Assembly (NCBI GenBank): GCA_032718475.1
Contig: JAUCBJ010007463.1
Span: 61,025 to 125,024 of the forward strand
Length of the DNA: 64,000 bases
Direction: 5' to 3'
Origin: Nemertoderma westbladi
Taxonomy: Eukaryota > Animalia > Xenacoelomorpha
Each line of letters opens with the position of its first letter. Position 1 is the first letter of the stretch. Shown here piece after piece: positions 52,901 to 64,000 of this stretch. Below the pieces are notes generated by a model. It was not told the origin of the DNA and did no database searches. It worked only from the letters and a program-made list of their open reading frames with translations. The position numbers were made by a program, and so were the translations under genes.

Positions 52901-55900
52901 TTCGCAAACGTCATGATCTTCGTGACATATTTTGTGTTTACCAATACTATAGGTGGAGCTTTGCAAACGTCTCGATCTTCGCGAAATATTTTGTGTTTAC
53001 CAATACTATAGATAGAGCTTCGCAAATGTCGCAATCTTCGCGAAATATTTTGTGTTTACCAATACTATAGATGGAGCTTCGCAAATGTCGTGATCTTTGC
53101 GAAATATTTTGTGTTTACCAATAATATACATGGAGTTTTGCAAATGTCGCAATCGTCGCGAAATATTTTGTGTTTACCAATAATATACATGGAGTTTTGC
53201 AAATGTTGCAATCGTCGTGAAATATTTTGTGTTTACCAATAATATACATGGAGTTTTGCAAATGTTGCAATCGTCGCGAAATATTTTGTGTTTACCAATA
53301 CTATAGGTGGAGCTTCGCAAACGTCGCGATCTTCGCGAAATATTTTGTGTTTACCAATACTATAGATAGAGCTTCGCAAATGTCGCAATCTTCGCGAAAT
53401 ATTTTGTGTTTACCAATACTATAGGTGGAGCTTTGCAAACGTCTCGATCTTCGCAAAATATTTTGTGTTTACCAATACTTTAGGTGGAGCTTCGCAAACG
53501 TCATGATCTTCGTGACATATTTTGCGTTTACCAATACTATAGGTGGAGCTTCGCAAATGTCGTGATCTTTGCGAAATATTTTGTGTTTACCAATACTATA
53601 GATGGAGCTTTTCAAATGTCGCGATCCTTGCGAAATATTTTGTGTTTACCAATACTATAGGTGGAGCTTTGCAAACGTCTCGATCTTCGCGAAATATTTT
53701 GTGTTTACCAATACTATAGATAGAGCTTCGCAAATGTCACGATCTTCGCAAAATATTTTATGATTACCAATACTATAGATGGAGTTTCGCAAATGTCGCG
53801 ATCTTTGTGAAATATTTTGTGTTTACCAATACTATAGGTGGAGCTTCGCAAACGTCGTGATCTTCGTGACATATTTTGTGTTTACCAATACTATAGGCAG
53901 AGCATCGCAAACGTCGTGATCTTCGCGATATTTTGTGTTTACCAATACTATAGGTGAGCTTCGCAAACGTTGCGATCTTCACGATATTTTGTGTTTACCA
54001 ATACTAAAGGTGGAGTTTCACAAACGTCGTGATCTTTGCGATATTTTGTGTTTACCAATACTATAGTTGGAGCTTCGCAAATGTCGCGATCTTCATGAAA
54101 TATTTTTTGTTTACCAATACTATATATGGAGCTTCGCAAACGTCGCGATCTTAGCGGAATATTTTGTGTTTACCAATACTATAGATGGAGCCTCGCAAAT
54201 GTCGCGATCTTCACCATATTTTGTGTTTACCAATACTATAGGTGGAGCTTCGCAAACGTCGCGATCTTCGCAATATTTTGTGTTTACCAATACTATAGTT
54301 GGAGCTTCGCAAATGTTGCGATCTTTGCGAAATATTTTGTGTTTACCAATACTATAGGTGGAGCTTTGCAAATGTCGCGATCTTCACGATATTTTGTGTT
54401 TACCAATACTATAGGTGGAGCTTCGCAAACGTTGCAATCTTCACATATTTTGTGTTTACCAATACTATAGGTGGAGCTTCGCAAACGTCGCGATCTTCGC
54501 GATATTTTGTGTTTACCAATACTATAGGTGGAGCTTCGCAAACGTCGCGATATTCGCAATATTTTGTGTTTACCAATACTATAGATGGAGCTTCGCAAAT
54601 GTCGTGATCTTCGCGATATTTTGTGTTTACCAATACTATAGGTGGAGCTTTGCAAACGTCGTGATCTTCACGATATTTTGTGTTTACCAATACTATAGGT
54701 GGAGCTTCGCAAATGTCGTGATCTTTGCGAAATATTTTGTGTTTACCAATACTATAGATGGAGTTTCGCAAATGGTGCGATCGTCACGAAATATTTTGTG
54801 TTTACCAATACTATAGATGGAGCTTCGCAAATGTTAAGATCTTCGCAAAATAATTTGTGTTTACCAATACTATAGATAGAGCTTCGCAAATGTCGCAATC
54901 TTCGCGAAATATTTTGTGTTTACCAATACTATAGGTGGAGCTTTGCAAACGTCTCGATCTTCGCAAAATATTTTGTGTTTACCAATACTTTAGGTGGAGC
55001 TTCGCAAACATCATGATCTTCGTGACATATTTTGTGTTTACCAATACTATAGGTGGAGCTTTGCAAACGTCTCGATCTTCGCGAAATATTTTGTGTTTAC
55101 CAATACTATAGAGGGAGCTTTGCAAACATTGCGATTATTGCGATATTTTGTGTTTACCAATACTATAGATAGAGCTTCGCAAATGTCGCAATCTTCGCGA
55201 AATATTTTGTGTTTACCAATACTATAGGTGGAGCTTTGCAAACGTCTCGATCTTCGCAAAATATTTTGTGTTTACCAATACTTTAGGTGGAGCTTCGCAA
55301 ACGTCATGATCTTTGTGACATATTTTGTGTTTACCAATACTATAGGTGGAGCTTTGCAAACGTCTCGATCTTTGCGAAATATTTTGTGTTTACCAATACT
55401 ATAGATAGAGCTTCGCAAATGTCGCAATCTTCGCGAAATATTTTGTGTTTACCAATACTATAGATGGAGCTTCGCAAATGTCGTGATCTTTGCGAAATAT
55501 TTTGTGTTTACCAATAATATACATGGAGTTTTGCAAATGTCGCAATCGTCGCGAAATATTTTGTGTTTACCAATAATATACATGGAGTTTTGCAAATGTT
55601 GCAATCGTCGTGAAATATTTTGTGTTTACCAATAATATACATGGAGTTTTGCAAATGTTGCAATCGTCGCGAAATATTTTGTGTTTACCAATACAATAGG
55701 TGGAGCTTCGCAAACGTCGCGATCTTCGCGAAATATTTTGTGTTTACCAATACTATAGATAGAGCTTCGCAAATGTCGCAATCTTCGCGAAATATTTTGT
55801 GTTTACCAATACTATAGGTGGAGCTTTGCAAACGTCTCGATCTTCGCAAAATATTTTGTGTTTACCAATACTTTAGGTGGAGCTTCGCAAACGTCATGAT

Positions 55901-56530
55901 CTTCGTGACATATTTTGTGTTTACCAATACTATAGGTGGAGCTTTGCAAACGTCTCGATCTTCGCGAAATATTTTGTGTTTACCAATACTATAGATAGAG
56001 CTTCGCAAATGTCGCAATCTTCGCGAAATATTTTGTGTTTACCAATACTATAAATGGAGCTTCGCAAATGTCGTGATCTTTGCGAAATATTTTGTGTTTA
56101 CCAATACTATAGGTGGAGCTTTTCAAATGTCGCGATCCTTGCGAAATATTTTGTGTTTACCAATACTATAGGTGGAGCTTTGCAAACGTCTCGATCTTCG
56201 CGAAATATTTTGTGTTTACCAATACTATAGATAGAGCTTCGCAAATGTCGCAATCTTCGCGAAATATTTTGTGTTTACCAATACTATAGGTGGAGCTTCG
56301 CAAACGTCGCGATCTTCGCGAAATATTTTGTGTTTACCAATACTATAGATAGAGCTTCGCAAATGTCGCAATCTTCGCAAAATATTTTGTGTTTACCAAT
56401 ACTATAGGTGGAGCTTTGCAAACGTCTCGATCTTCGCAAAATATTTTGTGTTTACCAATACTTTAGGTGGAGCTTCGCAAACGTCATGATCTTCGTGACA
56501 TATTTTGTGTTTACCAATACTATAGGTGGA
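46930..56530. repeat. 57-59-bp satellite array (~9.6 kb, ~165 monomers) with higher-order repeats
   Basis: Monomer ATATTTTGTGTTTACCAATACTATAGGTGGAGCTTCGCAAACGTCGCGATCTTCGCG(AA). Diagnostic variants recur at ~2.4-kb, ~1.47-kb and ~3.86-kb spacings. Confidence 0.97.
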
Positions 56531-57278
56531 TGTAAAAGCTTTTGCTGAATTGTCCGGTTATTTTTCCTTATTTTTCCCGTAAAATACTCTGTAGTTGGTT
56601 TACCAGGCATAAAAAGGCCGTGTCCTTGCTGTACTGGTGTTTTAGCGGACATAAAAGCTATTTCTTCTGTATTTGTACTTTAGAGGACATAATCCGTAAT
56701 TCCGTGACGTAAAAGCTCGATACTCTTGAAAACAGTGTCGCTACCATGACGACGGCTAGCAGCTGATATTGCCACGTCGACGTTTCTTTGTTTCTTTGTT
56801 CTCTCGTTGTTCAGGTTGACCAATCAGAGCGTTTGTTGTCTCTGTGTTGGAGGTATATACAGAAACTCAGTAGTTCAGTGTTATGTTTTTGCCCAGAGCC
56901 TAAGAACCGGCTTTTGGCACCTCCGTGTTTTCAGTAAGCAATAAAGTTGAAAGTACCGGTCAACCGGTAAACCTGAACCAGTACATCTGTAGGTCAGTAG
57001 GCCCAACCGCTAGAACCGGTACTGCCGTAGGTCCATAGGTCCAACTGCCAGAACCGGTACTTCTGTAGGTCCGTAGGCCTAGCTGTCCCAACCGGTACTT
57101 CAGTATAAGTACACTAGTATTATTCGATTTGATTGTTGCATACCGGTAGGCTGTTTGAGGGATTAGGGATTGATCATCCCTTATACCTTTATATGGTTTA
57201 CTTATCTCTGTCAAGTTTTATTTATTTGTAGGCCAGTATTGAACAGAAGGCGTGTAAACCTGATCAGATTGTACAGAC

Positions 57279-57845
57279 GATTTGTAGGCTGAGCTGTTGT
57301 CTGATTGCTGTTAAGTCCGAACGAATTGCAGTGCGTGTAGATCATCTGTCCGATTAAGTACGGTTAGGAAGTAGGGGCAGCGAACGCTGTAAGGTAAACC
57401 CCCAACTAAAGAATAAGTCGCACTACTGGGTTAGAGCGCATACTCCCTAATCATTTCGGAGTCTGCATGTCCTGTAGTTTATTTAGGCTTGAGAGTAGTC
57501 TGCCATCGTTTAGTCTGTACTTTGTTTGTGTAAGTCTGTACGGGTAGCGTATAATTTTATTTAGATAATTTGTAGGCTGGATAGTTGTCCGGCTGTTATT
57601 AGGTCTGAACGGATTGCAGTGTGTGTAGATCATTTGTCTGATTAAGTACGGTTAGGAAGTAGGGGCAGCGAACGCTGTAAGGTAAACCCCCAACTAAAGA
57701 ATAAGTCGCACTACTGGGTTAGAGCGCATACTCCCTAATCATTTCGGAGTCTGCATATACCGTAGTTTGTTTAGGCTTGATAGTAGTCTGTCAGTGTTCG
57801 GTCTGTATTTTGTTTGAGTAGCTTGTACGCGTAGCGTAATATTTA
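57279..57845 (+). repeat. 288-bp tandem duplication in the BEL LTR/leader
   Basis: gattaagtacggttaggaag...atttcggagtctgcat at 57352 and 57640. The core is identical and the flanks are diverged. Confidence 0.9.
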
Positions 57846-59157
57846 TTATTCAGAGTTTATGCGATTATCCGCAACATTCATTCCCCAAGTTTGTTCCTAC
57901 AGTAATTGTGTTTGTTATACATACCGCTATAGTTAAATTAACCCCGGTACTACACGGGCTGCTCGGCGTAGGTAAAGACTGGTGATTTTGTGCATCGGTC
58001 ACTCCAGCAGATGCCGTGGTTCTTTTAGCTGTTCAAGTATATTTAACTACTGATTATCTGTTGTACAAGTACTCGTACCTAATTTAGGGTTTAGTGTACA
58101 GTACTTTCCGAAGTAATTAGTGTAGGCATTATATTTGTGTTGTAAAGTGGTTAATAGGCACGTTCGATTAGCTCTATTAACTTCTAGGTAGGAACACTCC
58201 GTGATACATAACGTAGAACCTATAGCGATACGGCTATAGGTCGTCAGGCGGTGGTATTTTTCTATCTGGACAACGCAGTGTATTTACTACTACTTATTAT
58301 TTCAAATACCGTAGTACCCTGTCCGTTGTAATAACCAAGTTTCTAACCCTTTGTTAGGCTGGTTTGTAGACTTCTTGTAAAATTACCCTAAAAATTCGTA
58401 TTTTGTGTTTTTTGTAAATTTTTGTGTTTATTTAGAGATTGTAATCTCACCCGAATTGTACGTAATTTGTAGTATTAAGTAACTTAGGTAAATTAGAATC
58501 ATTTGTTTTAGTGTCCTGTAAGTAACACTTCACTGAAAGCGCACCGCTTTGTGTAGTGATTACCCCAGAAATAATAACATTTATTTCAAACATAGACAAA
58601 ACCCATTAAAACGGGTATATATATATTATAAATCAAATCTAACGATTTATAAATAGTAGGCCTACCATACAACCATTAGGTCTCAATATCAGTTGGATTA
58701 CTGCTCAAATAACGGTAATAAAGTAAGTAAAGTAACCAAGTAACCCTTGAAATTCAGAAAATCAGTTATTTTAAAATAATTGATATACCGGTATTTACGA
58801 TAGGCCTATTATCTTTATTTCTATAAATCTAGGCTGAAATTATACCGGTACGTGTAATTAATTCTATTTCAGAATTATATATCCTACAAACTGTAAGCTG
58901 TATACCGGTATTCCAGATAGGCCTATTATATATTTATATATATTTGTGCTAAAATTATACCGGTATTCGGTGATAAATCTAGTCTGTAATAATAGTTATC
59001 TATACTATAAGCATACCGGTATTATAATATATTATATATCACGCTACACTGAGTAGCAGTAACGGTAATTAATTACTAGGCTAGCAGTTAATACTGAGTT
59101 ACTAGACTTGCTTAGACTGCAATATAGCAGTAGGCATTCAACTGTACATACCTAGTC

Positions 59158-61616
59158 ATGTCTGATACTAAGCAGAACCTGTCAGACAGTTTATTAGATG
59201 TAACTATCTGCAACTCAGATCGAGACGTACAACCGTCTGGTCGTAAGTTCAGTTCACCTCCCACTGTGAGGAAGGTCATCCCTCCAGTAGTAATAACAGA
59301 ACCTAGGCTAGTCCAACATCGTAGGTCTATCATAGGCACCCGAGCTCAGGTCAAGCGGGACCAACAAGCAGCGGAACAGCAACAACCCGCTAGTCAAGAA
59401 CTTATTCCTCAGCGGCCCAGCAGCTCCAGTAGTGAGGATACTGTAGAGCTGACACCCGAGCGCGGAGCAGAGATGACGGATGCGGTTTATACGGATCCCC
59501 TTCTCATCCTTCCTGCAGCCGTGCTCGCTGGGTTATTGATCGCGGTGGAAGAACACCAGATCGATTGGGCGAGAAGTCAACGGTCAACTAGAGATAGTTA
59601 CGCGGGATACACGAGTGAAGAACTGAAGTCTATTGTCGAGTCGCAATGGAACTTCCCCGGACCCGGACTCCCGTTTGATTTATCAGAAGCTGCCTGGGAA
59701 GACATACACCGGATGAGAGTAGCCAAGGAAACCATCGATCCAGCTGTGTGGAAGAGGTCCGCAGCCGGATACGCACAGGGATTCTTCAGCTCTATGGAGA
59801 GAGTAGAAAAGCAACTTTTCAACAACCTCAAGGACCTCAAGAGCAGGGATCGCTGCTTTATCAAGTTAGAGAAAGAGTTTTGCGGATTAGGCTAATCTTA
59901 TCCGCCTTTGAGGAGGCTTCTAAAAGAAGACAAGACACGTCGTTGCAAGTTGCCGTAAAAACTTGGTTTCAAAGAGTGAATCTCCAAGTTCAAGGAACAG
60001 CTCAGTGGAAAGCTCAGCTGGAGGAGCGATCAACCCATGGAGAATCAACAGACGCCACTTTTTCCCAAGTGGAAAGTGAAGCGACGGCAGAGAAACCACA
60101 TAAGAGGGATGCCATTGACATCTATCTGTCAGACTATCAGCGTTTTTTAGGTGATGACGAGTTGAGGAGAAGGTTAGAGGGACTTAGCCCTAATAGCGAA
60201 GGAACCAAGCTTGTGTTGGATGCCATCGATGTGGAAATGAGGGCTGCGAATCAGGCTAAATTTGATGAACAACTCCGCCTGACAAGAGTCCAAGAAGAAC
60301 AAGTAAAGAAAAAACGTATAGAAGACAGAAAGAAAGCAGCCGTGGTAGCTGCAGAAGCAGAAAGAAAAGTGGCAGCGGCAGAGGCAGCGGCAGAGGCAAA
60401 GGCGGCAGAGGCAGCGGCAGAAGCAAGGGCGACCTTGGCAGAAGCAGCAGCTGAAAGAAAGGCGGCAGAGGCAGTGGCAGTGGCAGAAGCAGAATGGAGA
60501 GCGACTGAAGAAACCACCCAGTTAGAATTGGAAAACATTCAGGAGAATCAAGACTGCATAAATAAACAATTAACGGCTAGCAATATGCAGATGATGGATC
60601 GATCTACTCCCAAAAGACAGGGATATACATCATTGGAGGAAGGCGATACCACTGATACTGAAGGCAAAGGAAATAGATCTCGTCTAAGCAGACGTAAAAG
60701 AACATTCCACCATCAGAAATTGCCTGATTTGCCTCCAGCTGTTAGAAGGCAACTAAATAGCACCAACTTAGGTAGTACAGAGCCCACAGACCAAATAATT
60801 AAAATAGAAAGACTCCCTACTATAGTAGATGAGCCTGAAATAATCAGGCCTGTTCTTGAAATCACCCCTTCGGTGATAGACACACCTGTGCTCCCTGAAA
60901 CTACCTCTAAATTCCCTCTGCATAGCACTAAGCTACCTGTGCCCCGTAGAACTGCCCCAGAGACAGTTCAGGTCCTGGGTCCCGAGCGAAATATTCCAGA
61001 TTTGTCGCCCGTTGTCCCTCGTCCGCCCGCTACAACGTTGGCGACTCCCGCTTCGGCGGTCGAATGGGTGGACGAGAGACGACGGGGGATGGATCTCCTG
61101 CTCGGGCAGATGCAGGAGACTGTCCAACAATTCAAGGGCACAGTAAGGGAAAGTAGGCTAGAGTTGCAAGAAGTGCAGCAAAGTATCACGCTTGAACGCG
61201 ATAAATTAGTAAACACCCAAAAGGGTATACCACCACCCTCTGTAACAATGTGTCAACCTGTTAGGTCTGAAGTATCGCATGCGCAAGGTGTGGAGCCTAC
61301 ACGCATCTATACTGCTAGCGAAGTAGAAACTCCTATAGTGAACCCTATTAAGGGTAATTATAGACCTGTTGATAATGATATTCCATATAGAACTGATCAT
61401 AATCCGAGAAATTTATATACCGATAACTCGATATTAAATAGCACGATGGCCCAAGAAAGTTTTACGCGTCAAATGGCTAGAACCGAAGCCCGGCAAGCGG
61501 TAAAGGTGGGAGAGATCGTTAAGTTCAATGGAGATGAGATGAAATGGTTACTACTACTAGGATCGGCATGCTGCATTGCAGCTGCATTTTTAAGAATGCT
61601 GTGCCGGCTTGTCAAC

Positions 61617-61647
<31 letters not shown>

Positions 61648-64000
61648 AAATGGTTACCTTTTAATGAATATTACAAAGATAACATACAGAACTCTGTACT
61701 ATCCAATGGAGAAAAACTTAGATACCTCATCGAGTGCTTGGAAGGATCTCCCAAGTTAATGGCGTTAAAGTTTATTGGACATCCAGACGGATTAAGACAA
61801 GTTTGGGATACACTAAACATCAGGTATGGTAATAGGAATAATATCGCTGGGTACTTGTATGCAAAGTTAGTAGCGCCCCGAAAGTTTATTAGTAGCGGAA
61901 TTATCGAGTTTTCCGATGAGATCCAGGAGATCTGCAGACAATTAGATTGGCTAGGTAAGTCTCATGAGTATCAGAACACTATGGTTATTAGAGCAGTGGC
62001 TTCTACTTTACCGAAAGGTGGAGTAGGTACACGCTGGGATAAGAAAGTACTATATATGATGGAACAACAACGACGAGACCCTACCATGGCTGATCTCATG
62101 TCATTCTTGGATGGAGAAGTGAAATTGCAACTCCTCAAGCAGTCTCGAGAGAAGACACCGGAAAACAAGGTAAGTGAAAAACCCGTCTCTAGGAGAAAGG
62201 TAACACCAGTGTGTTATACAGACGACGGCGAAAGCCAGACTTCTCAAGGAGAAGATAGCGGGAAGGACACTGATAGATCTTATTATGTCAATAAAATGCC
62301 TAAAGATCAGGTAAGTAAATTCAAGTCTCGAACAAATGACAGGAGGGAACAGGTAAGAAAAACTCCTCCCACGTCTCCCAAGAGAATTCAGGTGAGAAAA
62401 CCCGAAGAAAAAGCAAGTGTACACAATGTGACTCAAAACAAGGTAAGTAACATCAAACCAAAATGTGCGCTGTGCGACGGGACCCACCATTTGAATAGGT
62501 GTGATGAATTTCTAAAGAAATCATTAACAGAGAGACGCGAAGTCATGTGGGATAAGCGGTTATGTTATAATTGCCTCAGACAAGGACACCAACGACGAAC
62601 CTGTTTCTCTGACATAAGGTGTGCAAAGTGTGGTGCGAAACATCATACCTTGTTGCACGCTGAATTCGATCGAAATAGTCCGAATCAGGTAAGTGATTCC
62701 GAGCTACATGCCCAATTCAGTGATGTGAACGACACTGATCAATCTGAGATGGAAGGATTCTATACAGACGAGTTCTCCGACGAAAACGAATCCTGTTACA
62801 TGATAAATACCGCAGTGTATCGAGCACTCACATATGAAAAAGATACAGAGAACGACTTTACTCTAACTACTTCTGAACGACAACCATCTTGGAAAGAGCC
62901 ATCTTCCAATGTAGGGATCCGAGAGTTTCCTGTGGTGCAGGTAAGGGTGCACGGACCTAAACGGAGTTATATAGTGAACGCCCTCCTGGACTCCGGCAGC
63001 ACAGGAACATTCATCGATAAAGAGCTAGCCGAAAATATATTTGCTGGACAACCCAAGTTCCAAACTAAGCTCAACATGTCAGGCATTATGCAAGTTTGGA
63101 AATCTACAATAACAGCTGATTATTATGTCGGAGCGTTGTCCACCCCCCAGGACGAATTAGGAGAACACAGCATAAGGTCAGTGAAAATGGTGGCTATAAA
63201 GAACTTCGCTACTACTCAAGCAGACCTTTATAATTGGGACGAGGATGAGAGCATCCAACATCTTAACATACCTCGATTCCAGACTGATTATCCTGGAGTG
63301 CAAATACTCATCGGCCAAAACGCGCATGAGGCGCTGGAGACATTAGAGAAACGGCCTGCTCAACCGCAGCCCCTACAGACCTATGCGGTAAGAACTAGAG
63401 TAGGTTGGTACTTTACTGGCCCTTCCCGTAGAACACTCAGAGAAAGACTACCGCAAGAGAGAGTCTGCCAGGTGAGTGAATGGGAAGATGATACTAGTGA
63501 AGGAGACGATTCAACTGAGGGAATTCCATACTCCTCAGATAACGACGACGTTCACCAGCTTTTTGATGAGGAGAATACCATCGATCTCCTTAAGGAAAAC
63601 GAGGCTTGGCAAAACCAAGTTAACTTATGTCAACTTCTCTATCCATCTGAACGAGAAGCTTATAACGACGAGTTAAATGACGTCATTGAACGTTGCAATG
63701 CCAAGACTCGAGATGAACATGCTGTACGATTCTTTACACAAGAGGCGGTAGAGCCCAATTCCTACGATAAAGCCTTGTCAGTGGAAGAGGAAAGGGCCAA
63801 GCAGATCCAAGAGACAACTACGCGTTTCCTCAAAGATCAAGGAAGATACGAAGTCGGTTTACCTTTTCGCAAGAGAGAACCGAAGTTCATCAATAATAGA
63901 CCCCTGGCGGAAAAAAGAATCGCGCAACTCCATCGACGCCTTACGGCTAATTCTTCAGCCAAAGCAATGTATCAAACACAGCTGGAAAAATTCATTAATA
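59158..64000 (+). pseudogene. BEL/Pao gag-pol polyprotein, disrupted by a 1-nt frameshift (~59880) and a retroposon insertion (61552-61644)
   Basis: After repair it reads KFNGDEMKWLPF...LSNGEKLRYLIECLEG...WDTLNIRYG (DUF1759-type gag), CALCDGTHHLNRC / CYNCLRQGHQRRTC / CAKCGAKHHTLLH, protease NALLDSGSTGTFI and pre-RT GRYEVGLPF...NNRPLAEKR. The frame appears open from 61645 to the window end. Confidence 0.9.
61552..61644 (+). mobile_element. Very short poly(A)-tailed retroposon insertion with a 13-bp TSD
   Basis: ATGAAATGGTTAC at 61539-61551 and 61645-61657 flanks ~65 bp of unique sequence plus ~A28. Removing it restores the gag frame. Confidence 0.92.

Larger units (their letters stand above)
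56531..64000 (+). mobile_element. BEL/Pao LTR retrotransposon (5' LTR, long leader, gag-protease), running off the window end
   Basis: The satellite stops mid-monomer and unique sequence starts with TGT at 56531. The downstream ORF has BEL gag, knuckles and protease. The LTR 3' boundary and PBS could not be located. Confidence 0.85.

Noticed and set aside
46992-56652. Dozens of short ORFs in the 57-59-bp array; also considered as a CRISPR-like repeat-spacer pattern
   Set aside because: The variable part is a set of point variants of one sequence rather than unique spacers, and the ORFs are repeat artefacts.

Overview
Repeat-dense eukaryotic genomic DNA, probably from an invertebrate animal (inferred from spliceosomal introns, a C2H2 gene and the TE families). 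It is not prokaryotic. One host gene is visible: a 4-coding-exon C2H2 zinc-finger transcription factor (+, 17798-29779, ~428 aa, five fingers, C-terminal PLDLT CtBP motif) whose introns are inflated by minisatellites. The rest is transposons and satellites: several non-LTR (LINE) fragments, non-autonomous TIR elements (some carrying internal tandem arrays), a DINE/HINE-like element, a decayed Ty3/Gypsy element with its 3' LTR, a ~9.6 kb satellite with higher-order structure, and two BEL/Pao LTR retrotransposons. Two signals stand out. (1) The minus-strand BEL/Pao remnant carries, between integrase and the PPT/3' LTR, a frameshifted accessory ORF encoding a DEDDy-type 3'-5' exonuclease, a coiled coil and three CCHC knuckles. 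(2) The plus-strand BEL/Pao gag-protease region contains nine consensus 5' splice sites in ~1.5 kb, eight of them in phase 0. Most ORFs in the supplied track are artefacts of tandem repeats.
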